From the NCBI GenBank assembly GCA_965140785.1, contig OZ223505.1:64001-128000 (forward strand): 64,000 nt of DNA. Direction: 5' to 3'. The notes beneath the pieces are model-generated. The model searched no databases. It was not told the DNA's origin and was given only the letters and a program-made list of their open reading frames with translations. Below, in pieces: positions 24,447 through 33,908 of the stretch (positions within the stretch are counted from its first letter, which is position 1; every line of letters starts with the position of its first letter). The translations under genes were made by a program, and so were the position numbers. This DNA comes from an uncultured Ruficoccus sp. GTDB lineage: Bacteria; Verrucomicrobiota; Verrucomicrobiia; Opitutales; Cerasicoccaceae.

Positions 24447-24484
24447 AAAAAAAGGGGGAGTCCGTCTCTCACCCCGGACTCCCC
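24447..24484 (-). terminator. Terminator downstream of the PAS-domain gene
   Basis: GGGGAGTCCG/CGGACTCCCC 10-bp stem with A7 on the + strand. Confidence 0.8.
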
Positions 24485-24548
24485 ACGCCGGCTCTAAATG
24501 GCCGGTTAATCCCCTAATCTATTCTCTCTGTCTATACCTCAAAAAGTT

Positions 24549-25049
24549 TCACGAGGAAACTTCTAGGAGGGATAAAAGTACGTAACGACCGACCCGGGTC
24601 TCAATCGGACGGGCGTTGATATGGTATTTACGTATCACTTGTTGGCTGCCGTTCACGATACGAAGTTTGCAATCGTCTTTATTTTCCTCACCCGCGAAGG
24701 CCCGCTCCACCGACGTGCTCACGGCGCACTTGTCGCAGCCGACGGCAGTTCCACAGCCGCTGCGGCGCAGGGTGGAAGATTGGCAGCCGAGCAGTTCACC
24801 GATGCGCAGCCCGACGAACAGGTTGTCGTTGGCCATGTCCAGCAGCGCGGAAAAGGCACGGTTGGCGAAAACGACCTGACGGTGACGATTGAGAATCGTC
24901 CAGGCGCCCGGCATGACCTCGATGACACGACGCAGGTGCGAAAGCCGCTCGATGCGAGAGGCTTCCTGCCGAATCGACTCCTTCGAACACCGGACCGGCG
25001 CGGCCCGTTGTTTGGAAAGAGTTGATCGATTTGCTGCGATTGCTGCCAT
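24549..25049 (-). CDS. Stand-alone PAS-like protein with Cys cluster
   Basis: ILNRHRQVVFANRAF PAS motif; GELLGC...GCG...C..C. Confidence 0.65.
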   Translation of the reverse strand: MAAIAANRSTLSKQRAAPVRCSKESIRQEASRIERLSHLRRVIEVMPGAWTILNRHRQVVFANRAFSALLDMANDNLFVGLRIGELLGCQSSTLRRSGCGTAVGCDKCAVSTSVERAFAGEENKDDCKLRIVNGSQQVIRKYHINARPIETRVGRYVLLSLLEVSS

Positions 25050-25288
25050 GTTGCTGTGACATTAGTCATACTCATGGTATACGCAATAAAAGATTAGCAG
25101 AATTATATGTGGCAATCGCACAAATTAGCCTTCCTAATCTTAATGGAAAGCCAATCTGTCCTTATGGCAAATGGGCCAACGCTTTTGAGCTGAGTATAAT
25201 GTCCCGTTGGGGGCAGTTGCAGACAGGGATTGCCCTCAGGGCGGTGCGTGGGATCATGGTCGGCTTGACGGAGCCTGGCCGCGGCAAT

Positions 25289-25313
25289 AAAAAAAGGGCC
25301 GAAAAACGGCCCT
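25289..25313 (-). terminator. Terminator
   Basis: AGGGCCG/CGGCCCT stem with A run on the + strand, just downstream of 25351..25596. Confidence 0.65.
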
Positions 25314-25350
25314 GAATACGCTATGCGTGACTGTGATTAAAAGCTGCGCT

Positions 25351-25596
25351 TCAGCTCTTCTTGCGGCGGCGCAATTGATCCACCAGCGTCACCCGGAACA
25401 GGCACAGCGCGATCCAGCTGAAGCCGCCCATGACCACCGAGCAATAGCCCGAGAAGATCGTTTTCCAGACCGGATTATAGATCGGCACGTGCGGCGGGAT
25501 GATCACGAACATGAAGACGAGAAAAACGCCAAAGGCGATCAGCACGTCCACGAGCGCGCCTCCAATACCTACGAGCTTCCGGTTTTCGGTTTCCAT
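25351..25596 (-). CDS. Small two-TM membrane protein
   Basis: 81 aa, two hydrophobic segments, basic C-terminus, own terminator. Confidence 0.7.
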   Translation of the reverse strand: METENRKLVGIGGALVDVLIAFGVFLVFMFVIIPPHVPIYNPVWKTIFSGYCSVVMGGFSWIALCLFRVTLVDQLRRRKKS

Positions 25597-25758
25597 GGCA
25601 GTAACTTGGTCAAGCTGAGCGTCGCAGTCAAAATAAATTTATAGGCCCAATAACGGATACTGTCCGGTTGCGGGCCGCTTGCTGAGACGAGCGCGCCCCG
25701 CTGGTTCACAGACGCAAACGGGGCGTGCGTGTTATAAAAACGGGTCGTGTGGCGGCGA

Positions 25759-26394
25759 TCAGTGGCAGAGACCGACCGTGTTGAGCCAGTGACGGGCCAT
25801 CAAGGCATGCCCGGCAGGGGTGGGGTGGACACCGTCGGCGGCCCAGAAGGCCGCTTCACGCTTCATGGAAGCGGCGGCGAAGATGCCGTCGAAGGGCACG
25901 TAGCGGGCGCCGAACTCGCGGGCCAACTCGCGGGCGGCGTGGATTTTCGGGTCTAGGTCCTCGCGCCAGGCCTTGCGGTCCTGGGGGTGAGGCAGGACAA
26001 AGGGCTCGCAGACGATGAGCTTGATCCCGGCCCCGGCGCAGCGGGTGAGGATGTCCCGGTAATGGTCGGTGTAGTCTTCGGTCGAGGTCGGGTCGTTGTT
26101 GTCGAAGCGGCGCCAGGTGTCGTTGATGCCGATCAGGATGGAGACCCAGTCGGGCTTGAGGTCGAGGCAGTCTTGCTGCCAGCGGTCGGCCAGGTTGACC
26201 GCGCGGTTGCCGCTGATGCCACGGTTGATGAAGGTCAGGTTCAGCTCCGGGCGGGCGGCGCTCAGCCAGGCCGAGGCCAGCGCGGCGTAGCCGCGTCCCA
26301 TGTCGGCCAGGTTGACTTCCTTGTCGCGTCCGGCGTCCGTGATGCTGTCCCCCTGAAAGAGAATCGTTTGTCCAGCTTCGAAAATAAGGCTCAT
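25759..26394 (-). CDS. SGNH/GDSL hydrolase
   Basis: FQGDSIT, NRGISGN, LIGIND, DGVHP; start at MSLIFEAG. Confidence 0.92.
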   Translation of the reverse strand: MSLIFEAGQTILFQGDSITDAGRDKEVNLADMGRGYAALASAWLSAARPELNLTFINRGISGNRAVNLADRWQQDCLDLKPDWVSILIGINDTWRRFDNNDPTSTEDYTDHYRDILTRCAGAGIKLIVCEPFVLPHPQDRKAWREDLDPKIHAARELAREFGARYVPFDGIFAAASMKREAAFWAADGVHPTPAGHALMARHWLNTVGLCH

Positions 26395-26554
26395 CCCACC
26401 GGCATAGATCAGCGATTCTGTTTTGGAAAGGAGAAAGAATAAGGCCGTGCACTCATGAGGAAAGTAAGCGAGCGGCTGAACGCAAAGAGTGGCACCGCTT
26501 ATGCTCAATTTTGTCCCCGCGACCTCGCCAACCCATTGACCCACTATTTTGCCC

Positions 26555-26812
26555 ATGGAACCTCAGAGTAACCAGATCCACGGCCACGCCGTGATGGACA
26601 TGATGATCGCCGCCGACCAGGCCTATACCCGTGAGAGCTTGCGGGCGGCCATCGTCGAGCGCTTCGGTGAGGACGCGGTTTTCTACACCTGCTCGGCCAG
26701 TGGGCTGGACGTGGACGCGATGATCGACTTTCTCGCCGGCCATGGGAAGCTCAAGGGCGAGCCCGGGGCGTTGCGACTCGATCCGTCCACCCGTTGCGAT
26801 GATGATGAATAG
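26555..26812 (+). CDS. yecH: YecH-family (DUF2492) putative metal-binding protein
   Basis: IHGHAVMDMM...FGEDAVFYTCSA..L...IDFL...GK. Confidence 0.8.
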   Translation: MEPQSNQIHGHAVMDMMIAADQAYTRESLRAAIVERFGEDAVFYTCSASGLDVDAMIDFLAGHGKLKGEPGALRLDPSTRCDDDE

Positions 26813-26854
26813 GGGCGGGAGCGTGATTGGCGGCGGGCGGCTTGCCCTCAAATG

Positions 26855-27790
26855 CTAGAAGCTCGCGCCGATTTCGAAGCCGAAGGTGGCGGTCGGCTCG
26901 GCCTTGACCGTTTGGTACTTGTTGCGGTTGGCGCGGAACTCGTACTCGCTCCAGAAGTCGCCCTGAACGTAGCCGCGCACGTAGAAGGGGCCGCCGAAGC
27001 GGTAGGTGACGCCGACGGCGGCGGTTACGGAGGAGGCTTCCACCGCGGGGTTCACGACCGAGCTGGCAGCCTGGACGTACTGCTTGTTGAGCTGGAAGCT
27101 GCTGGAGTTGTACTGCACGGTGAAGTCGAGCACCGTCTGCTGGTCGGCGTTGACGTCGTAAACGAGCGTCACCCCGTTGAAGCTGCGCAGGCGCAGGTTC
27201 TCGTTGATGCGCCACTCGATGAAGCCCACCGGCCAGTAGCGCACCGCCTGTTGAAGGTCGGAGATGATCAGCACACCGAAGGAAAAGGAGAAGCCTTTGA
27301 AAAACTCGTAGCTGGCACCGAAACTGGCGGTGTAGGAGTCGCCGCTGGTCAGCGTGGCGTCCCCGGACTCGGCCCCGAGGCTGCCGCTGGCCATGGCGTA
27401 CGCGCCCCAGTCGCTGTCCTCGAACTGGTACTGGTAGATCGCGCTGAGCGAAATCTGGCTCACATCGCTGAAGTAGCTGGGCGCGCCATTGGACCAGTTG
27501 TAGTCGCTGTAGGTGTAGTCGAAGGTGATGCTGAGGCGGTTGTCCTTCCAGCCCTTCTTGTAGCTGAGGGTCGTTTCCAGCTCGGTCAGATCCATCTCGC
27601 CGTTGACGCCGTTCTTGAGGTCGCTGGGAACAGTGTAGCTGACGCCCTGCCCGATGGTGACACCGACCGGAACTTCCGGCGAGAAGATGTCCAGAAACGT
27701 CCCCGAGGTGGTCAGCTGCTGGGCATGGGCGCTCAGGGCAGCCAGGGTGAGGGCGGCGGCAAAGGTGTAGCGGTGGGCACGGTGACGCAT
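26855..27790 (-). CDS. Outer-membrane beta-barrel protein
   Basis: Signal peptide, alternating aromatic beta strands, C-terminal Phe (FEIGASF). Confidence 0.75.
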   Translation of the reverse strand: MRHRAHRYTFAAALTLAALSAHAQQLTTSGTFLDIFSPEVPVGVTIGQGVSYTVPSDLKNGVNGEMDLTELETTLSYKKGWKDNRLSITFDYTYSDYNWSNGAPSYFSDVSQISLSAIYQYQFEDSDWGAYAMASGSLGAESGDATLTSGDSYTASFGASYEFFKGFSFSFGVLIISDLQQAVRYWPVGFIEWRINENLRLRSFNGVTLVYDVNADQQTVLDFTVQYNSSSFQLNKQYVQAASSVVNPAVEASSVTAAVGVTYRFGGPFYVRGYVQGDFWSEYEFRANRNKYQTVKAEPTATFGFEIGASF

Positions 27791-27994
27791 AAGAAAGGGC
27801 TATTATTCGAATTTAATTAAGAATAATGTCAAGACTGAGCGTACATAGTATCAAAGAAAAGGGAGGGCCGTCAATAACGGGCGGGCGTGAGTTTTCCGGT
27901 GAAAGGAATCCTTGCTATTTGCGTCAAATTCCAGCATCACACACGGCACAGGCGCTCCCTGATTTTGCCTCTCACTTAACCACCGGGAACGGAT

Positions 27995-28516
27995 ATGTTG
28001 CAACTGGTCCACGACAATGTGCGCTGCCTGCGTCAGGGCATCGATCTGCTCAAGTCGCTGCCCGCCTCCGAATACATCCGCAAGCATCCGCAATGCTTCG
28101 GCAGTACCATCGGGGGGCACATGCGTCATAATATCGATCACTATGACAGTTTTGTCCGGGGCCTGCCAACGGGAGAGATCGACTACGACGCACGTGTGCG
28201 GGATCCGGAGGTTGAGACCGGTCTGGCACGGGCCACCCAACGCCTGGAGGAACTGATATCCGCCCTGGAGGCCATCAATGAAAAGGCGCTGGAGTCACCG
28301 GTCGAGGTGATTATGGATAGCGGGGGCGACCCCGCGCTGTGTGGCCCGACCGCTTCAAGCGCCCGGCGCGAGTTGCAGTTCCTCCTCAGCCACACCGTTC
28401 ATCACTACGCGCTCATCGTGGTGCTGTGCCAGTTGCGCGGGATCGAGACAGCCCCGGACTTTGGCGTCGCGCCCAGCACTCTGCGCCATCGCGCCCAGTC
28501 CTCATGTGCACAGTAA
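27995..28516 (+). CDS. DinB-superfamily protein
   Basis: STIGGHMRHNIDHY, IDYDARVRD, RELQFLLSHTVHHYA His triad. Confidence 0.85.
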   Translation: MLQLVHDNVRCLRQGIDLLKSLPASEYIRKHPQCFGSTIGGHMRHNIDHYDSFVRGLPTGEIDYDARVRDPEVETGLARATQRLEELISALEAINEKALESPVEVIMDSGGDPALCGPTASSARRELQFLLSHTVHHYALIVVLCQLRGIETAPDFGVAPSTLRHRAQSSCAQ

Positions 28517-29247
28517 CCTGGTGGAGCGCAGCCGACGGCTACGAGCTGTACTTTAACCGCGACGAGCTCAAGTCGCGCCTGCCTGGCCTGCCGCCGGAGG
28601 AACGCGTGCTGGATGGGGTGCGCTACCTGAGCCCGCGCGATGGTGATGAGGGGGGCACCTGGCTGCTCGTTAATGAATTCAGCCTCACGCTCTGCCTGAT
28701 CAACCAGTACCCGTTGCGCCGCCCGGTCAAGCGCGGCCCACTGGTCAGCCGGGGGCATCTGGTCCGTGCGCTGGCCTCCTGCCGTGAGGTTGCGGAGGTG
28801 GCTCGGTGTCTGCGTGATTCCGAACTTTTTTCCTACCGGCCTTTTCAACTGGTGGCGGTCGAGCCGGGCGGGGCGGGGGTGGCCTATGCCTGGGACGGAC
28901 ACGCGCTGGCTGAGACTGAAAACGCCCGCGAGCGTATGCCTTTTACCTCCTCCTCCTATCTGTCCGAGCAGATCGTCCAGCACCGCCGCGAGCGTTTTTC
29001 GCAGATCGTGGCCGAGCGCGGCGATATGAGCCCGCGGGATTTGCTGGCCTTTCACCGTGAGCACAGCGTGGGGGCCGGGGCGTTCTCGGTCTGCATGCAG
29101 CGCGACGATGCCGAGACGGTCAGCCTGACGCAGGTCGTCGTGCGTCCGGAGAAAATTTCCATGACCTATTCGCAGAAAGTCCCGGGGCAGCCGGTGTTCG
29201 CCGAGCCGGTCCATGCTTCGCTTAAACCCCGGGCCTGCCTTTCCTGA
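28504..29247 (+). CDS. NRDE/TANGO2-family (Ntn-hydrolase-like) protein
   Basis: Starts MCTVTW (Cys2); NRDE, PRD...GGTWL, SRG; overlaps the DinB stop codon. Confidence 0.88.
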   Translation: MCTVTWWSAADGYELYFNRDELKSRLPGLPPEERVLDGVRYLSPRDGDEGGTWLLVNEFSLTLCLINQYPLRRPVKRGPLVSRGHLVRALASCREVAEVARCLRDSELFSYRPFQLVAVEPGGAGVAYAWDGHALAETENARERMPFTSSSYLSEQIVQHRRERFSQIVAERGDMSPRDLLAFHREHSVGAGAFSVCMQRDDAETVSLTQVVVRPEKISMTYSQKVPGQPVFAEPVHASLKPRACLS

Positions 29248-29249
29248 CG

Positions 29250-31886
29250 ATGCGAGCGGGCACGGAGAAAAATAAGCGCGAAAGCCGCAAGCGCCGGTTC
29301 CGCCTGATGGTGGTGAGCGCGTTTGCGTTGCTGCTGCTGGCCTCGTACCTGTGGCGTCACTTTACCCTGCCGCCGACCGGGCCGCTACTGCCTGGCCAGG
29401 TCCGGGTCGCCCTGCCGGAGTGGAAGGTGGACCGCCACGCCGACGGCGAGATCGAACTGGCCTACCGCGACCTGCCGGCGAAGTCGGGCGACCCCGACGC
29501 GCCGGTGCTGATTCTCGTCCACGGCAGTCCGATGGCCTCGCAGGCGCTGGACGGCCTCATCCCGGGGCTGAACGAAAACACCCGGCTGATCCTGCCCGAC
29601 CTGCCCGGCTTCGGTGGCTCGACGCGGGACATCCCCGACTACTCGATCCGCACGCACGCGCACGCGATTCTCGACCTGATGGACCACCTCGGCCTGGAGC
29701 GGGCAAACCTCCTCGGCTACAGCCAGGGGGGCGGCGTGGTTATCAACGTGGCCGAACTCGCCCCCGAGCGCGTCCAGAGCCTGATTCTGCTCTCGGGCAT
29801 CGGCGTGCAGGAGTACGAGCTGACCGGCGATTACACGCTCAACCACGGCCTCTACGGGATGCAGTTACTGATCCTGACTGCGGCCCGCGAGGCGCTGCCG
29901 CACTTCGGCGTGCTGGACCGGTCGCTGCTGAATGTCCCCTATGCCCGCAACATGTGGGACAGCGACCAGCGTCCCCTGCGCGGCATTCTGGAAGATTACG
30001 ACGCGGCCATGCTCATCGTTCAGGGTGACAAGGACTTCTTCGTGCCGCCGACGACGGCCTACGAGCACCACCGTATCGTGCCCCAGAGCGAACTGGCCCT
30101 GCTCGACGGCGGGCACCTGCTGCCCTTCAAACGGCCCGACGCAGTGGCGGAAAAAGTGGACGGCTTTTTACAGAAGGTGAAAAAGGGCGCGGCCACGATC
30201 CGCCGGGACGCTTCGCCCGAGCGCCTGCTCAAGGCCGCCGCCGATCAGCCCGTTGCCCGGCGTGAGGCCAATGGCCGGACCCTGGCCTTTTACTGCGCCT
30301 TGCTGGTGGCCGGCACACAGGTGGCCGAAGACCTGACCTGCATCTCGGCGGGCTTTCTGGCCGCGCGCGGGGTGGTGCCGTTCTGGGCGGGGACGGTGGC
30401 CTGCATCTTTGGGATCTTTGCCGGGGACATGCTGCTGTACCTGGCCGGGCGTTTCCTGGGCCGTAAGGCGCTGCGCCACGCCCCGCTTAAATGGATGCTC
30501 AAGGAGCGCGACCTCAACTCCATGCAGGAGTGGTTCGAGCAACGCGGGCCGATGCTGATCGTGATGTCGCGCTTTATGCCGGGCACGCGTATCCCGGTCT
30601 TCTTCGGGGCGGGGATGCTGCACATGCCCACCGGCAAGTTCATGTTTTATTTCCTGCTGGCGGCGGTGGCCTGGACGCCGTGCCTGGTGGGGCTTGCCTG
30701 GTGGCTCGGGGACGCCTTCATCGGCTACTTCGAGCGCTTCGAGAAGTTCGCCATCGTCGGCCTGATCGGGGTGGTCGTCGGGATCATGCTCTTGCTGCAC
30801 CTGGTCGTACCCTTGTTTACCTGGCGCGGACGGCGTAAACTCTACGGGCGCTGGAAACGCTGGGCGCGCTGGGAGTATTGGCCGACGTGGCTCTTTTATC
30901 CGCCGGTGGCGGTCTATGTGCTGTGGCTGGGCCTGCGCAACCGGCACCTCGCACTGTTCACCGCCGTCAACCCCGGCATGGGCGAGGGCAGCGGCTTCAC
31001 CGGCGAGTCGAAGGTCGCCATCCTCGACAAGCTCAAGGGCGCGGACGGGGCGATTGCGACCTGGATGGCGCTCCGCGCCGGGGACACCGCCGAAGAAAAG
31101 GAGCGGCAGCTGCGCGCCTTTATGGAGCGCGAGGGGCTGGACTTCCCGCTCGTGCTCAAGCCCGACCTGGGCGAGCGCGGCAGCGGCGTGGCCATCATCC
31201 GCGACTGGGAGACGGCTCGCGGCTACCTGACACGCTGCCCGGACACCATCATCGCGCAGCGCTACATCCCGGGGCGCGAATACGGGATCTTTTACGTGCG
31301 CTATCCCTGGGAGGAAAAGGGGCGGATCTTCGGCATCACCGACAAGCGTTTCACCGCCGTGACCGGCGACGGCAAGAAGCCGTTGGAGGAACTTATCCTG
31401 GGAGACGACCGTGCCGTGTGTATGGAGAGCTTCTTCGAGCAGAAACACAGCGACCACCTCAGCGAGGTGGTGCCCGCCGGGGAAGAATATCAGTTAGCCG
31501 AGCTGGGCACGCACTGCCGCGGCTCGCTCTTCCTCGATGGTTGCGAGCTGGCCACCGAGCCCCTGTGCGAGTGGTTGCAGGGGGTGAGCGATACCTTCGA
31601 GGGCTTTTACTTCGGGCGCTACGACGTGCGGGTTCCCTCGGTGGAGGACCTGCAGGCCGGACGCAATCTCTCCGTGATCGAGCTCAACGGCGTCAGCTCG
31701 GAGGCCACCTGGATCTACGACCCGCGGCACTCCGTTCTTTTCGCCTGGCGCACACTCTTTGAGCAGTGGCGGATGGCGTTCAAGATCGCCGCCTGGAACC
31801 GTGCCCACGGCCACCGGCCCGAGACCTGCCGCCGGACCGCACGGGCGATCCTTGGCCGCGGCCTGCGCGAGCCCTTCGAGGCGTGA
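29250..31886 (+). CDS. Fusion protein: alpha/beta hydrolase + DedA/VTT membrane domain + ATP-grasp-like domain
   Basis: HGSP, DLPGFG, GYSQGG, GDKD, GGH; EDLTCI..G...GD..Y..GR and SRFMPGTR (DedA); PLVLKPDLGERGSGV, QRYIPGREYG, GRYDVR, IELNG (ATP-grasp). Confidence 0.85.
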   Translation: MRAGTEKNKRESRKRRFRLMVVSAFALLLLASYLWRHFTLPPTGPLLPGQVRVALPEWKVDRHADGEIELAYRDLPAKSGDPDAPVLILVHGSPMASQALDGLIPGLNENTRLILPDLPGFGGSTRDIPDYSIRTHAHAILDLMDHLGLERANLLGYSQGGGVVINVAELAPERVQSLILLSGIGVQEYELTGDYTLNHGLYGMQLLILTAAREALPHFGVLDRSLLNVPYARNMWDSDQRPLRGILEDYDAAMLIVQGDKDFFVPPTTAYEHHRIVPQSELALLDGGHLLPFKRPDAVAEKVDGFLQKVKKGAATIRRDASPERLLKAAADQPVARREANGRTLAFYCALLVAGTQVAEDLTCISAGFLAARGVVPFWAGTVACIFGIFAGDMLLYLAGRFLGRKALRHAPLKWMLKERDLNSMQEWFEQRGPMLIVMSRFMPGTRIPVFFGAGMLHMPTGKFMFYFLLAAVAWTPCLVGLAWWLGDAFIGYFERFEKFAIVGLIGVVVGIMLLLHLVVPLFTWRGRRKLYGRWKRWARWEYWPTWLFYPPVAVYVLWLGLRNRHLALFTAVNPGMGEGSGFTGESKVAILDKLKGADGAIATWMALRAGDTAEEKERQLRAFMEREGLDFPLVLKPDLGERGSGVAIIRDWETARGYLTRCPDTIIAQRYIPGREYGIFYVRYPWEEKGRIFGITDKRFTAVTGDGKKPLEELILGDDRAVCMESFFEQKHSDHLSEVVPAGEEYQLAELGTHCRGSLFLDGCELATEPLCEWLQGVSDTFEGFYFGRYDVRVPSVEDLQAGRNLSVIELNGVSSEATWIYDPRHSVLFAWRTLFEQWRMAFKIAAWNRAHGHRPETCRRTARAILGRGLREPFEA

Positions 31887-31913
31887 AGGGAGTTCGTGGA
31901 CATTCGTTTTTTA

Positions 31914-31943
31914 TTTAACCGCAAAGGCGCAAAGGACGCAAAG
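31914..31943 (+). repeat. Lone CGCAAAG arm
   Basis: TTTAACCGCAAAGGCGCAAAGGACGCAAAG, same family as the GxxExxY arms. Confidence 0.85.
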
Positions 31944-32092
31944 CGCTGCCGCTGGGTTTCGACAGCCATCGAACTCCCGTTTCCTGCCGGGCTGAATCGG
32001 GACTATGGAAAATGATACGTCCCCTTCTCACCTCTTGAGAGATGAGGAATTAGAGCAGTTTAAAGAAAGCCGTAGCCGTAAATAGCTTTATA

Positions 32093-32168
32093 TTTATCCA
32101 CAGATTACACAGATAGACACAGATTGTTTCAGGTCTATCTGTACCCATCTGTGAAATCTGTGGATAAA
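32093..32168. repeat. Palindromic element with 3 x CACAGAT arms
   Basis: TTTATCCACAGATTACACAGATAGACACAGAT ... ATCTGTACCCATCTGTGAAATCTGTGGATAAA. Confidence 0.88.
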
Positions 32169-32255
32169 ACACCTCTCATTGCAAACGAGGTAAGGTAGCA
32201 GATGTCTGCTGGCGCCAGCGAGAGGCGGAAAAATCTGAAAGAAATTTCATCGATG

Positions 32256-32289
32256 CCCTCGTTGTGGCCTCTGTAGTCTCTGTGGTTAA
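32256..32289 (-). repeat. CACAGAG arm overlapping the regulator stop codon
   Basis: Reverse complement TTAACCACAGAGACTACAGAGGCCACAACGAGGG. Confidence 0.65.
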
Positions 32290-32933
32290 AACAAAGACTG
32301 TTCGTCCTGGCTCGAAGAGGGCTTGGGCGGAAGCTGGCGCAGGGTTTTTTCGAGATTGTCTTTCAGCTCGCGGTTTTCTTTCTCCAGTCGTTCGTTGGCC
32401 TGTCGGAGCTTGAAAAGTTTTTCCTCGGCGGCTCGCTGGTAGGCCATGCGTTCGATGGCGTTGTTGAGGGCGCGCAGCAGGCGGTCGGGCGAGAGGGTGG
32501 GCTTTTTCAGGTAGTCCTGAGCACCGCGTTTCATGGCCTCGACAGCGGTGGCCTCGTCCCCGGCACCGGTCAGCACGACGATGGGCCAGTAAAGGCTTTT
32601 GAAGACGCGCTTGAGCTCCAGAATGAAATCCAGACCGTCCATCCCCGGCAGTTGCAAGTCTAGGAGAATACCGTCCACCTGAACGGTGCGGCAGTAGTTC
32701 ATGGCCTCGTCGGCATTGCCCGCCTCCAGCACCTGATTGGCAAATTCTTTATCCGTCCCCAGGTAGCGAGCGATCAGGCTTCGGTCCAGGGGATTATCTT
32801 CGACAATTAATATCCGGCGTTTGTCCAAAACGACGCTTGGGGTAGTAAAGCTAACTTTACGCCATTTTGGCCCCCGGCGCAACGGTTTGTTTGCGGACGG
32901 TAGAATTGCGAATGATTTCCCGGGTGCCGACAC
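32286..32933 (-). CDS. Response regulator receiver with coiled-coil tail (start uncertain)
   Basis: ILIVEDN, LLDLQLPGMDG, VLTG, GAQDYL.K; no DNA-binding domain. Confidence 0.85.
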   Translation of the reverse strand: MSAPGKSFAILPSANKPLRRGPKWRKVSFTTPSVVLDKRRILIVEDNPLDRSLIARYLGTDKEFANQVLEAGNADEAMNYCRTVQVDGILLDLQLPGMDGLDFILELKRVFKSLYWPIVVLTGAGDEATAVEAMKRGAQDYLKKPTLSPDRLLRALNNAIERMAYQRAAEEKLFKLRQANERLEKENRELKDNLEKTLRQLPPKPSSSQDEQSLF

Positions 32934-32960
32934 CAGTTGGGTGTGGGGATGTCCGCAGCT

Positions 32961-33875
32961 TTAGGGGGCGGGATCTGCGGAGGTTTCCAGTTGTTGGGCT
33001 TGTTCCATTAGGGCGCGGGCGCGGGCGTCGGCGGGGTCTTTTTCCAGCAAGGGTTTGAGGTAAAAGCGGGCGGTGGCCGGGTCGCCGGCTTCAAGCAGGA
33101 TCTCGGCCTTGAGGTAAGGGAACTCGCGGTACCAGGGGGCGGCGCGTTCGGCGTTGAGTAGGAGCTCCTCGGCCTGCGCGTAGCTGCCGTCGGCTGCTTC
33201 GAGCCGGGCCAGCTCGGCGGCGGCGGGGGCGTTGCCGGTATTGGTCAGGGCGGTGTGGCGGATGCGGGCGTCTTCGTCGCGGGACCAGCGGATGGCGTCC
33301 TCCACGCCCAGACAGACGACCCAGACCGTCAGCGCGGCGGTGAGAAACAGGTAAAGATGTTTCCACGCCCGTGGGCAGCGCGGGCGGCTGGCGAAGCGGA
33401 AGCATTGCAGGATCAGGCTCGCCATCATCAGGGCCAGCCCCAGGCCGGGGATAAGCAGGTACGTTTGGGAGAAGGGCTGCCCGCCCATTTCGATAACAAT
33501 CCCCACCGGCAGCAGCGAGGCCACCGCCCAGCCGAGCCCCACGATGACCCACGGGTTGTATTTGCGCAGCCGCCAGGCGTGCCGCAGCATCAGCACCAGG
33601 ATGAGCCAGAAGAGCAGGTTGATCGCGAACAGCGCGCGCGGTTCCAGCGGGCGTAGCACCCAGTCGCGTCCAAAGGGCCACAGCCACCAGCCCATGTGCT
33701 CGAGCACCACGTAGGCGATCGAGAAGAGGCGTTCCCCGAAACCCGACGGACCCACCAGCGGACTCTGCGGAGTGGGTCGGGCCTGAAAAATCGCCTGCGT
33801 GGCCGGAGCCAGCAACCAGATCAGCGCGGTCAGCGAAAGGAGTTTCTTGTCGGGGGAAAAGGGCTTCGGCTTCAA
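32961..33875 (-). CDS. Membrane protein with C-terminal TPR-like repeats
   Basis: Several TM helices, then Ala-rich helical repeats (AEILLEAGDPATARFYL). Confidence 0.6.
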   Translation of the reverse strand: MKPKPFSPDKKLLSLTALIWLLAPATQAIFQARPTPQSPLVGPSGFGERLFSIAYVVLEHMGWWLWPFGRDWVLRPLEPRALFAINLLFWLILVLMLRHAWRLRKYNPWVIVGLGWAVASLLPVGIVIEMGGQPFSQTYLLIPGLGLALMMASLILQCFRFASRPRCPRAWKHLYLFLTAALTVWVVCLGVEDAIRWSRDEDARIRHTALTNTGNAPAAAELARLEAADGSYAQAEELLLNAERAAPWYREFPYLKAEILLEAGDPATARFYLKPLLEKDPADARARALMEQAQQLETSADPAP

Positions 33876-33908
33876 GGGATAAAGAGGATGGGGGTTGCGG
33901 GTGGCGGT

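Noticed and set aside
32093..32168. Short repeats considered as a CRISPR array
   Set aside because: Units are 8-10 bp, tandem and palindromically arranged, with no unique 30-40 bp spacers and no cas genes.
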